The position numbers and the translations under genes are program-made. Below are positions 1 through 9,502 of a stretch of DNA of 30,022 bases, one piece after another (the first letter of the stretch is position 1; each line of letters starts with the position of its first letter). The stretch lies in the NCBI RefSeq assembly GCF_004010195.1, contig NC_057719.1, positions 80,780,999 through 80,811,020 on the forward strand, in the 5' to 3' direction. The notes beneath the pieces are model-generated. The model ran no database searches. It saw only the letters and a program-made list of their open reading frames with translations, and was not told the origin of the DNA. Source of the stretch: Chiloscyllium plagiosum. Lineage: Eukaryota.

Positions 1-1217
1 TCTGTGCTCTTGGATGTTGTAAAGGGATATCGTTATTGCGGTTGTAGTTGACAAATCCTAAATTCATCACCAGGATCTGTTGGTATCATCACCTTGGGAT
101 TAGAAGCAGATTAATAGGAGTATGAGCTATTATAGGATCTGGCCCTCCTCTGTAGCCATGGAAGACTAAAGAGCTCTAGACTTTCTGAAAACACCATCGA
201 CACAGCCACAAATTCATTTCTTTCTGAGCCTGCAGCTTACACTGAGAAGAAGCAATTTCATTTTTCTATCCCGTAGGCTTCTGTGCTTACATTTCCTCTC
301 AATACTTATTGGTATTGTGCTGCATCCTCCATCATCGAAAGGAGCCTGTCACCCAGCGCACTACAAATCATCCTGACGAACACAGAAACCGGGTTAAACT
401 CTTTGGCCCTCACCAATCTGCAGCAAGCACCGAAGATTCAGCTGCCTAAGTAGTTCTCCGCATAGCAAGATCCACTGTGACAGTGGGTCTTGGACACTGA
501 CAGCTTTATGACAGCTCTTGTTCAGCAATAGGAGGTCTGAGGGTAATGTGCAATTATTATCGCACTTAAAGTTCCCTCAGCGCTGCCCCATCAGTGTATG
601 AAAAGCATTGCATTGAATTTGCAGCACAGAAACAGGCCATTTGGCCCATCTGGTTTAACCCAGTGTTTGTGCTCCACGTGAAATTTTTCCCATTATTTTA
701 CTAAACTTTACGAACAAAATATTCTACTCCTCGGTACCTCATGCAATTATTTGCCCTTAAATCTAACAATGTGATTCTTGTTAATCTCTTTCTGAATAAG
801 GAGATTCTCTAGAATTACCTGCGGGACTGATTTTACATTTAGAATGGCGGGATCGTTTAAGACTTGCATAGTGGTTCTAACTGACCTTGCCCCATGCCCA
901 GTAAGGGACCCATCGTCAGGGTTATGAGTCATGACCATCAGCCAAGTCAGCACATTATCATTGTGTTCAAGTGCAGTAAAAATGGGCCATCAATATTTAA
1001 CTTTCACCATTTGATCTTCGTTCTAAAATGGTTTCTATGATCACCGGAAAAGACCAGGTATTCCACAAGGAGTAGATGAAACCAACTACATTGCAAACAC
1101 CAAGAGGAACTGAAACTCAGTGAGACTTAGAATCATGGAATGCCTACAGTGTGGAAACAGGCTATTTGGCCCACTGAGTCCACACCGACCCTCTTCCTAC
1201 CCAGACCCAACCCCTTG

Positions 1218-1536
1218 TGAAATAACTGCAGAGAGGTCGGTATCCCACCACCAAGTCACCCTTTATTTACGTATGCACTGTACATGGGCTCTGACCAGCC
1301 AGCTCAGAGCCAGTCCCTAGAATGAGGAGACTCTCTGACACTTCTGTTATATCTGTCAGCCAGGACTCCCCGATCGACCCAGGTTAACAAACCCAACAAG
1401 GATTCCTGAAGAAGGGCTTATGCCTGAAACATCGATTCTCCTGCTCCTTGGATGCTGCCTGACCTGCAGCAACACATTTTTCAGCAAGGATCTTATAGTT
1501 AAGGAGATCCACCTGACCCTCGTTCCAATCATTTCA
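1218..1536 (-). mobile_element. Solo LTR (Gypsy-like LTR retrotransposon)
   Basis: TG...CA ends with inverted termini tgaaat (1218) / atttca (1531-1536); minus-strand AATAAA (tttatt 1262-1267) and TATA-like gatataac at about 1345-1352; splits an otherwise contiguous SINE. No clean TSD seen. Confidence 0.65.
1404..1484 (+). mobile_element. Short Penelope-like pLTR fragment with decayed hammerhead core
   Basis: Homologous to 8459-8548 and to 26106-26234 (minus); flanked by the 7-bp direct repeat caaggat (1397-1403, 1485-1491). Core ctgaagaagggcttatgcctgaaacatc shows two CpG-type changes. Confidence 0.75.
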
Positions 1537-2523
1537 GCCAGTCTCTGTAACCTAGCATTTTTGCCATGGCTAACCCACCTAGCCTGCACATTCCTAGACA
1601 CCATGGGCAATTTAGCATGGCCAATCCACCTAAGCTGCACATTGTTGCATTGTGGGAGGAAACCAGAGCACCTGGAGAAAACTCACACAGACACAGGGAG
1701 AACATGCAAACTCCACTCAGACAGTCGGCCCGAGAGTAGAATTGAACCTGGGTCTCCAGTGCTGTGAGGCAGCAGTGCTAAACACTGAGCCACTGTGCCT
1801 CCCATCAAAAAAATTCACAACCCTTGTTCTGCTCACACCTGTACAATAACCTCACATGAGGAGTGTTCAGTTTGAAAAGTACACTGGAGCTAGACTTGGA
1901 ACATACAAACAAGCTTTATTTCAGTAGCTTCCTTTGAGCAATATGGTGGTAAAGCAACCACTGTTGATAACAGCAAGAATACCGAACATTTCAGATCTTT
2001 TCTGCCCTTTCTCCAGTAGCTCACTATCTGTTACAACTGTCACTATGTTGGGTTATATTCATAATATTTAGCTTTGGTTTCAGTTCAACATGAATTGAAG
2101 ATTATTTACCCTGTTTTATTATGCCTGCGTGTGTTTTAATCCAGCAGAGACATGTTTAGCAGCAAGAAAGCTCCGAGGCTGCTATGGAGACATGGCTGGG
2201 GGTCGAGCTGGAACTCGAGAGAAAAACTAGCAGGCTTTAATTTTAATAAGACAAGTAACTGAGAGGTAAAATGACTTGCAAACATCCACTCTGTTATGCT
2301 TAACCAAAAAAGCTCAGCGCTGACATTGCAAATGCTGTGTCAGTTCAAAATGTGTATGTGCCCGCACTGTGATAAGACAGTTAAATACCAATTAAGGAAA
2401 GATTTAGGACATGTAAATACATTCCACCAGGTGGTCATGGTCCTGGTTCAAACCTAGATGGAAGACAAACCAGTTTCCTGCCTCGCTAGTTGGACATTTA
2501 CTAGATTAACACACAGTTGTGCA

Positions 2524-2611
2524 GATATTTTCTAATCAACCTCAAGAATTACACAATTCTTGAGACTTGAATCCAGATCCCCCTGCTCAGAGGTACAGAT
2601 ATTACCACTGC
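2524..2611 (-). mobile_element. Short tRNA-derived SINE fragment
   Basis: B-box-like reverse complement 'gagacttgaatcc' and head 'attaccactgc'; similar to the inverted copy at 2823-2921. Confidence 0.45.
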
Positions 2612-2822
2612 ATGACTACACACATTTGTGCATGTTTACATACGGAGGGAAAGGGTAAGTTCCAGGGAATGGGTTGAGGCCAAGTAGTTCTGTAAAGAGA
2701 AGTCCAGTTTATAGAATAGGCACCAGGAGAGTGTCGAGATGTTTCTGTTAATACTGGCAGTAATGTCTAGACTGGGATTAGAAGGTCATATTTCTAGGAT
2801 TATACCATATATTTTTGGGGGA

Positions 2823-2921
2823 GCTAGTGGAACGGTGGTAGTGTCCAGGAGGCCTGGTTTCAAGGCCCACCTGCTCCACAGATGTATCGTAACATGTCCA
2901 GACAAATTGATCTAAAATATC
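2823..2921 (+). mobile_element. Short tRNA-derived SINE fragment
   Basis: A-box-like 'gtggaacggtggtag', B-box-like 'ggtttcaaggccc', ends 'ttgatctaaaatatc'. Confidence 0.45.
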
Positions 2922-3337
2922 TACACCATGCACCTAAACTATGACTTGTGTAACCAGATCAAAATAAGAAACAAAATGCCTTCCAGACTCTGAGTATATT
3001 TAAAAGCTATCACATTCAAACCCACAGTTAAGCGGATAAAGCTGGGATAAGTCTTTGGTATCAAGTTTAAGGTAGAAGCTTATATTCTTCAGAATCATTA
3101 AGTTGCTTCTTCAGTGTGCAGTACCTATTTAATCATTGTTGCTTCTGTTTGCAGTGTTCAAGTTTATGTGGTAAAGTTTACTTTTTGGGTGTTCCAATTT
3201 ATCCCATCACTTAATTTCTTAGCCTAGTCTCTTCTGCACATTGTATTCCCAAAAGATTATTGGCTATCAAGAAGGATCATAACAAGGGCCTGTTGAGTCA
3301 GATTGTGACATTGTCTGGTATGACCAAAGAATACCAT

Positions 3338-5717
3338 TTCTGACTCAGTATGTGGATGTACCTACGAGAGAAGGTGCAAAACTTGACCTATTCTTGGGAA
3401 ATAAGGCAGGGCACGTGACTGAGGTGTCAGTGGGGGAGCACTTTGGGGCCAGCGACCATAAATCTACTAGTTTTAAAAGAGTGATGGAAAAGATTAGACC
3501 AGATCTAAAAGTTGAAGTTCTAAATTGGAGAAAGGCCAATTTTGATGGTATTAGGCAAGAACTTTCAAAAGCTGATTTGGGGCAGATGTTCGCAGGGAAA
3601 GGGACGGCTGGAAAATGGGAAGCCTTCAGAAATGAGATAACGAGAATCCAGAGAAAGTATATTCCTGTTAGGGTGAAAGGAAAGGCTGGTAGTTATAGGA
3701 AATGCTGGATGACTAAAGAGATTGAAGGTTTGGTTAAGAAAAAGAAGGAAGCATATGTAAGGTATAGACAGGATAGATCGAGTGAATCCTTAGGAGAGTA
3801 TAAAAGCAGTAGGAGCATACTTAAGAGGGAAATCAGGAGGGCACAAAGGGGACATGAGATAGCGTTGGCAAATAGAATTAAGGAGAATCCAAAGTGTTTT
3901 TACAAATATATTAAGGACAAAAGGGTAACTAGGGAGAGAATAGGGCCCCTCAAAGATCAGCAAGGTGGCCTTTGTGTGGAGCCGCAGGAGATGGGGCAGA
4001 TACTGAATGAGTATTTTGCATCAGTGTTTACTGTGGAAAAGGATATAGAAGATATAGACTGTAGGGAAATACATGGTGACATCTTGAAAAATGCCCACGT
4101 TACAGAGGAAGAAGTGCTGAACTTTTCGAAACGCACAAAAGTGGATAAATCCCCAGGACCTGATCAGGTGTACCCGATAACTCTGTGGGAAGCCAGGGAA
4201 GTGATTGCTGGGCTTCTTACTGAGATATTTGTATCATCGATAGTCACAGGTGAGGTGCCGGAAGACTGGAGGTTGACTAACGTGGTGCCACTGAAGAAGG
4301 GTGGTAAGGACAAGCCAGGGAACTATAGACCGGTGAGCCTGATGTTGGTAGTGGGCAAGTTGTTGGAGGGAATCCTGAGGGACAGGATGTACTTGTATTT
4401 GGAAAGGCAAGGACTGATTAGAAATAGTCAACATGGCATTTTGCATGGGAAATCATGTCTCACAAACTTGATTGAGTTTTTAAAGAAGTAACGAAGAGGA
4501 TTGATGAGGGCAGAGCGGTAGACGTGATCTATATGTACTTCAGTAAGGCGTTCGACAAGGTTCCCCATGGGAGACTGATTAGCAAGGTTAGATCTCATGG
4601 AATACAGGGAGAACTAGCCATTTGGATACAGAACTGGCTCAAAAGTAGAAGACAGAAGGTGGTGGTGGAGGGTTGTTTTTAAGACTGGAAACCTGTGACC
4701 AGTGGAGTGCCACAAGGATCAGTGCTGGATCCATTACTTTTTGTCATTTATACAAATGAGTTGGATGTGAGCATAGGAGGTATAGTTAGTAAGTTTGCAG
4801 ATAACACCAAAATTGGAGGTGTAGTGGACAGCGAAGAAGGTTACCTCAGATTACAACAGGATCTTGACCAGATGGGCCAATGGGCTGAGGAGTGGCAGAT
4901 GGAGTTTAATTTGGATAAATGTGAGGTGCTACATTTTAGGAAAGCAAATCTTAGCAGGACTTATATACTTAATGGTAAGGTCCTAGGGAGTGTTGCTGAA
5001 CAAAGAGACCTTGGAGTGCAGGTTCATAGCTCCTTGAAAGTGGAGTTGCAGGTAGATGGGATAGTAAAGGCGGTATTTGGTATGCTTTTCTTTATTGGTC
5101 AGAGTATTGAGTACAGGAATTAGGAGGTCAAGTTGCGGCTGTACAGGACATTGGTTCGGCCACTGTTGGAATATTGCGTGCAATTCTGGTCTCCTTCCTA
5201 TCAAAAGGATGTTGTGAAACTTGAAAGGGTTTAGAAAAGATCTACAAGGATGTTGCCAGCATTGGAGGATCTGAGCTATAGGGAGAGGCTGAACAGGCTG
5301 GGGCTGTTTTCCCTGAAGCATCGGAGGCTAAGGGGTGACCTTATAGAAGCTTACAAAATCATGAGAGGCATGGATAGGATAAATAGTCAAGGTCTTTTCC
5401 CTGGGGTGGGGATGTCCAGAATTAGAGGGCATAGGTTTAGCGTGAGAGGGGAAAGATAAACCAAAAAGAGACCTAAGGGGCAACTCTTTCACGCAGAGAG
5501 TGGTACATGTATGGAATGAGCTGCCAGAGGAAGTGGTGGAGTCTGGTACAATTGCAACATTTAAAAGGCATTTGGATGGGTATTTGAATAGGAAGGGTTT
5601 GAAGGGATATGGGACAGATGCTGGCAGATGGGACTAGATTGAGTTGGGATATCTGGTCGGCATGGACAAGTTGGACCGAAGGGTAAGTTTTTGTGCTGTA
5701 CATCTCTATGACTCTGA
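3338..5717 (+). mobile_element. 5'-truncated CR1-clade LINE (HER1-type); ORF2 endonuclease C-terminus plus reverse transcriptase, pseudogenised
   Basis: ORF 3352-4491 has PTREGAKLDL...SDH (APE end), KSPGPD, VPEDWR, NYRPVSL, QHG and SCLTNL. Frameshift near 4480; then SGVPQGSVL and KFADNT (FADD motif degraded); stops near 5121 and 5232. 3' UTR ends 'ctgtacatctctatgactct'. Confidence 0.95.
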
Positions 5718-6039
5718 TAGCAACTTGCAAAACTTGACTTAACCTGCCCATTTGTTCTGACAGAATAGTTTCAGTTTGCATTTCTCTTCCTTCACTTGCT
5801 GCCTTCATTAGTTTGTAGGGTCAGTTCATTCAGTCCTCAATTGTTGCCAGAGTCTACAATCACCAACCAAGTGGTGACATTGTGATGAAGCCAGTTATTG
5901 CCACAATCTAGACAGACAAACTAAACAGAACAAGAAATAAAAATTTCCGCGTGGGACTGAGAGGATGAGAGCAGCAAAACTGAGAAAATGAGGGAACGAT
6001 TACTGAGAGAGTAAGAGCAGGATCGTTTAAAAATTTTTC

Positions 6040-6135
6040 TTCACAAGATGTGGGTATCACTGGCGGGGCCAGCAGTTATTGCTCATTCCTAGTTACCCAG
6101 GAAATGGTGGTGGAGAGCCACCATCTTGAACTGAC
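6040..6135 (-). mobile_element. 3' tail fragment of the second CR1-superfamily LINE family
   Basis: 'atgtgggtatcactggcggggccagcagttattgctcattcctagttaccc' matches the tails at about 16955-17015 and, in reverse complement, about 9460-9500. Confidence 0.55.
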
Positions 6136-6689
6136 ACGATCTTTGGGATGTACATATAGTGGTAGTGTGAACTGTGCAGCTCGGATAGGAGGGAGAGAAA
6201 AGCTCAGCAGATTGTTTTATATCCACCAGGCACTTCAAGGAGAATTTTCCAAACTCAACTGCAACAATGGCGTTCTTGCCCAAAGGTAGAGTTGTGCTGA
6301 CAGGGAAGGGCTGGAAATCACGAGGGGCATGGACACAGGTTTAAATCAGAATGTGTTGGCGCAGAGAGAAGGGGAGATGTGAGGAGGAGATTATGTTTAC
6401 ATTTGCAGCTCCAACGCTTGCCTCACTCATGGTCATCCCAATGATGGTGAGCATTGTCCCCTTCCACCAGGGTAAGGATACGCAGGCCCCACCTACCTCC
6501 AGTTGTTTCAGCTCCTGTTACCTATGGACTTGCCCTGTGTGTCAGTGAGAGGGTGGAATTGCTGTCATACTGGAGTACTGCTCTGCAGTGCAGAGGTGAG
6601 GAAAATTAATGAAGTGTTATAAAAATGACACGAGTTCTGTTTACATTGGGACCCAGATAAGCTGGGTTATTTACCTTAAAAGAGAAGAT

Positions 6690-7045
6690 TCGGGGAAGAG
6701 ACATTCAAAACCATGACATGTTTCAAAAGAAAATTCAGGAGGAGCTGGCAGCATTGAGTGAACGGATAACACAAATTTAAAGTACTTGGGAAAAAGAAAC
6801 AGCCAGAGGGGAAAATGAGGAGAACTGTTATTCTGTGAATGACAATGATCTGAAATGCACTGCTTGAAAGGGTGTTGGAAGCAAATTCAATTGTAGCTCT
6901 CAAAAAGGGAACTAGGTGAACATTTGATAAGGGAGATAATTGCAGGGCTCGGGTTAAAAAAGGGCAGAGGAGGGTGACTGTTTGATAGCCTTTGCAAAGA
7001 GCTGCACAATGGGTCAAGTGGCTGTATGTTCTATGCTAGAAGATC
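6690..7045 (+). mobile_element. Old CR1 LINE 3' fragment
   Basis: Degenerate 'atgatctgaaatgcactgcttgaaagggtgttggaagc' (W-N-x-L-P region) followed by a CR1-like 3' UTR. Confidence 0.6.
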
Positions 7046-7300
7046 ACATAACAGACTGGGTGAAGTGTACAGACAGATAGGGAGTAACTACAGGAAACCA
7101 GTCATGCAGTATTCTGTCACAGGGCAGACACGGTCGGTTGAACACAAGCATGGCAAACTGTGGAATCTGGTTGTTATTTAGTGCAGAGAGCCAATTTTCT
7201 GAAGATACTAATCAATAACATAGAAATCAAGGTATTTAAATCTGTAAAACACTTCAGTAGCTCGTCCTGCACTCAGTTATTTCTCAGGCCTTTCAAACGT

Positions 7301-7923
7301 CTAGAGTACTGCACTCTCGGACATGCTATCGTTTAGGTAAGACGCCAAATTGAGACCAACTGCCCTCTTAAGTGGCATCGGGAGACTGTCTGTGTGGAGT
7401 TTGCACATGCTTCCTGTGTCTGCGTGGGTTTCCTCCAGGTGCTTTGGCTTCCTCCCACAGTCCAACGATGTGCCGGTTGGGTAAATAGCCCTGTAGTGTC
7501 CAGGGTTGTGCAAGCTAGGCGGGCTAGCCATGGGAAATGTGAGGTTTTGGGATAGGATCTGGGTGTAATGCTCTTCGGACCTGCAGTGTGGACTCCATGG
7601 GCCAAATGGTCTGCTTCCACACTGTCGAGATTCTATGATTCTATGTTTGCACGCCATTATTAAAACTGTATGTAGCACTGGGTCACCACGGCATATGGAT
7701 TTCTCACTGGTGACTTGACCAATGTCTCTCCCACAGCCAACATCAATAAATGGTCTGGTCTTTGATTGGACCGGTGTTTGTGAAATCACACAGTGTGTGC
7801 AAACTGACTGCCGTGTGGCCAACATTACAACCAGGATAACACCCAACAAAGTATTTCTCTGGCTGGAAAATGTGCCTGGGGCTTCTAAAGGTTGTGAAAG
7901 GCTTCATATAAATTCAAGTTCTT
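7301..7923 (+). mobile_element. Deu-domain SINE (SacSINE1/AmnSINE1-like), interrupted by an HE1 SINE
   Basis: Deu-like blocks 'gtgtgcaaactgactgccgtgtggccaacattacaac' and 3' end 'gttgtgaaaggcttcatataaattcaagttcttc'; similar to the reverse copy at 12625-13042. Recognised from memory of the consensus. Confidence 0.6.
7380..7645 (+). mobile_element. HE1-type SINE, 5'-truncated
   Basis: 'ctgtctgtgtggagtttgcacatg...gggtttcctcc...cctcccacagtcc' and tail 'attctatgattctatg'. Confidence 0.85.
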
Positions 7924-8364
7924 CGTCACGAGTTATGACTTGCAGGAACCCAATCTCGTCCTGCTGAGAAACCATCACTACAAAGTCAATACTCTTGTTT
8001 CTCTGCAACCAGCATTTAACAGGAAATGAGGCGGTTGAAGATTACTTCATCTTTGAAGGTTGCGACTGGTCTGTTTGAGGTTTTTAAAGTGAAGATTTTG
8101 ATTGGGGGAAATCCAGAACAAAGGGGCAGAAGCTTAAAACTAGAGCAAGTCCATTCAGGCATTATATCAAGAAGCATCTTTGCACTCAGAGGAATTTGGG
8201 AACCACCATGCCACAAGGCTGGTGTTGCTGAGAGCCTTCAAGACCAAGATCAGCAAGGATTTCTTGAGGAAGGCTCATGAAGGGAATGAGTATATGTATG
8301 AGAGATACCTTTGGTCTATTGGAATAGAGTCAGACTCAACTTGACATGACACAGAACAGAATCG

Positions 8365-8581
8365 TTGTTGAAACTTTATTGCTGGAACAGCACAGCAGGT
8401 CAGGCAGCATCCAGGGAACAGGAGATTCGACGTTTCGGGCACAGGCCCTTCTTCATTCCTGAAGAAGGGCCTGTGCCCGAAACGTCGAATCTCCTGTTCC
8501 CTGGATGCTGCCTGACCTGCTGTGCTGTTCCAGCAATAAAGTTTCAACTTTGATCTCCAGCATCTGCAGACCTCACTTTCT
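8365..8581 (+). mobile_element. Penelope-like pLTR mini-insertion with inverted partial copy (perfect 89-bp palindrome)
   Basis: Arms 8367-8455 and 8460-8548 are exact reverse complements with a 4-nt loop ttcc; 33-nt unpaired tail 8549-8581; 15-bp TSD cacagaacagaatcg at 8350-8364 and 8582-8596. Confidence 0.9.
8455..8490 (+). ncRNA. Minimal type-I hammerhead ribozyme motif
   Basis: AUUC-CUGAAGA-A-GGGC(CUGU)GCCC-GAAA-C-GUC/GAAU. Stem I is AUUC:GAAU, stem II is GGGC:GCCC, and self-complementary ACGU replaces helix III. Predicted cut after C8486. Confidence 0.75.
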
Positions 8582-8865
8582 CACAGAACAGAATCGCACT
8601 ACATTTGTGACAATGTATATATACACAGAGAATTTTTTATGAATAAAGTATATTTTTGAAATAAAAATAAAGGCTGGAACCTGTAGGGCCACATATTAGG
8701 CTGGGTGGCTATTTCGTCAGCCATTGCAGAGATGGCAGCTACATGACCACTTTCAATAAGTAAGATGTGGCTAACTAGGGTTCAGAGATAGGTCAGCCAT
8801 TGTCTAATTTAATGATGGAAGAGGCTTAAGGGTGAATGGATGCTTCTGTTACTATGTTAAAAGGT

Positions 8866-9502
8866 AGTGTCATCACTGAATCGCTCGCTGTCAATGTCCT
8901 GGTGGTTACCATTGAACAGAACTGGACTTGCTGTATAAACACAGTAGCTAGAGCAGCAGGTCAGAGACGAGGAATCCTGCAAGGAGCAACTCACCTCCTG
9001 CGTCCCCACAGCCTGTCCACCATCTACAAGGCACATGTCAGGAGTGTGACAGAATACTCCCCACTCTCCTGGATGGATGGAGCGCCAACAACACTCAAGA
9101 AGCTTATCACCATCCAGGACAAAGCAGCCCGCTGGAGTGTTTGTGAATGTGATGCCGTTCACTTCCTCCACCACTGATGTCCAGTAGCAGCATCCAGTAG
9201 CAGTAGCAGCGTGTACCATCTATAAGATGCACCTGTAGAAATTCTCCAAGGCACCTTCCAAGCCCAGCACCACATCCATCAAGAAGGACAAGGACAGAAG
9301 GAACATGACCACCTACAACTTCCCCTCCAAGCCACACACCATTCTTACTTGGAAATATATGGTTATCATTGTGTGAAAATCCTGGAATTTCCTCCCTAAG
9401 GGCATTGTGGGTCAACCGACAGCAAATGGGCTGCAGCGGTTCAAGAAGGCACTCAAGGGTAGGTAGGACTGGGCAATAAATGTTGCACCAGTCAGCAACA
9501 CC
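8866..9502 (+). mobile_element. 3' part of the second CR1-superfamily LINE family
   Basis: ORF 8836-9177 contains LSTIYKAHVRSVTEYSPLSW...LKKLITIQDKAAR (non-LTR ORF2 C-terminus); tail 'gggcaataaatgttgc'. Confidence 0.8.

Larger units (their letters stand above)
1129..1803 (-). mobile_element. HE1-type tRNA-derived SINE interrupted by a solo LTR (1218-1536)
   Basis: CR1-like tail 'gaatgcctacagtgtggaaacaggc' at about 1129-1215; body 'tgtgggaggaaaccagagcacctggag...gcaaactccac'; B-box reverse complement 'attgaacctgg' at about 1741; 5' head 'cactgagccactgtgcc' at about 1785-1800. The same sequence recurs five more times in the window. Family name is recalled from knowledge of shark repeats. Confidence 0.85.
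8291..8669 (+). mobile_element. Probable L1/Tx1-type 3' end (polyA signal plus A-rich tail); target of the hairpin element
   Basis: Ends 'tttatgaataaagtatatttttgaaataaaaataa'; interrupts the old CR1. The family call is an inference. Confidence 0.4.
8020..8858 (+). mobile_element. Old CR1 3' fragment carrying later insertions
   Basis: Degenerate RL...FEVFK region at about 8025-8090 and CR1 tail 'ggtcagccattgtctaatttaatgatggaagaggcttaagggtgaatgg' at about 8790-8840. Confidence 0.5.

Noticed and set aside
823..988. Possible MITE with gg...ttttac termini
   Set aside because: Only about 9 of 13 bases match in the inverted repeat and there is no TSD; cannot be supported without a copy search.
3352..4491. 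379-aa ORF as a host gene or active RT
   Set aside because: It is an internal CR1 ORF2 fragment: 5'-truncated, frameshifted near 4480, catalytic DD changed to DN, with downstream stops.
8367..8548. Hairpins as microRNA genes or classical MITEs
   Set aside because: The stems are perfect and repeat-derived, and the ends are asymmetric with a one-sided tail and a 15-bp TSD. This fits Penelope-type retro-insertion better.
8275..8553. Near-identical peptides on opposite strands (also 11027-11404 vs 11122-11349)
   Set aside because: A direct consequence of the DNA palindromes, not coding genes.
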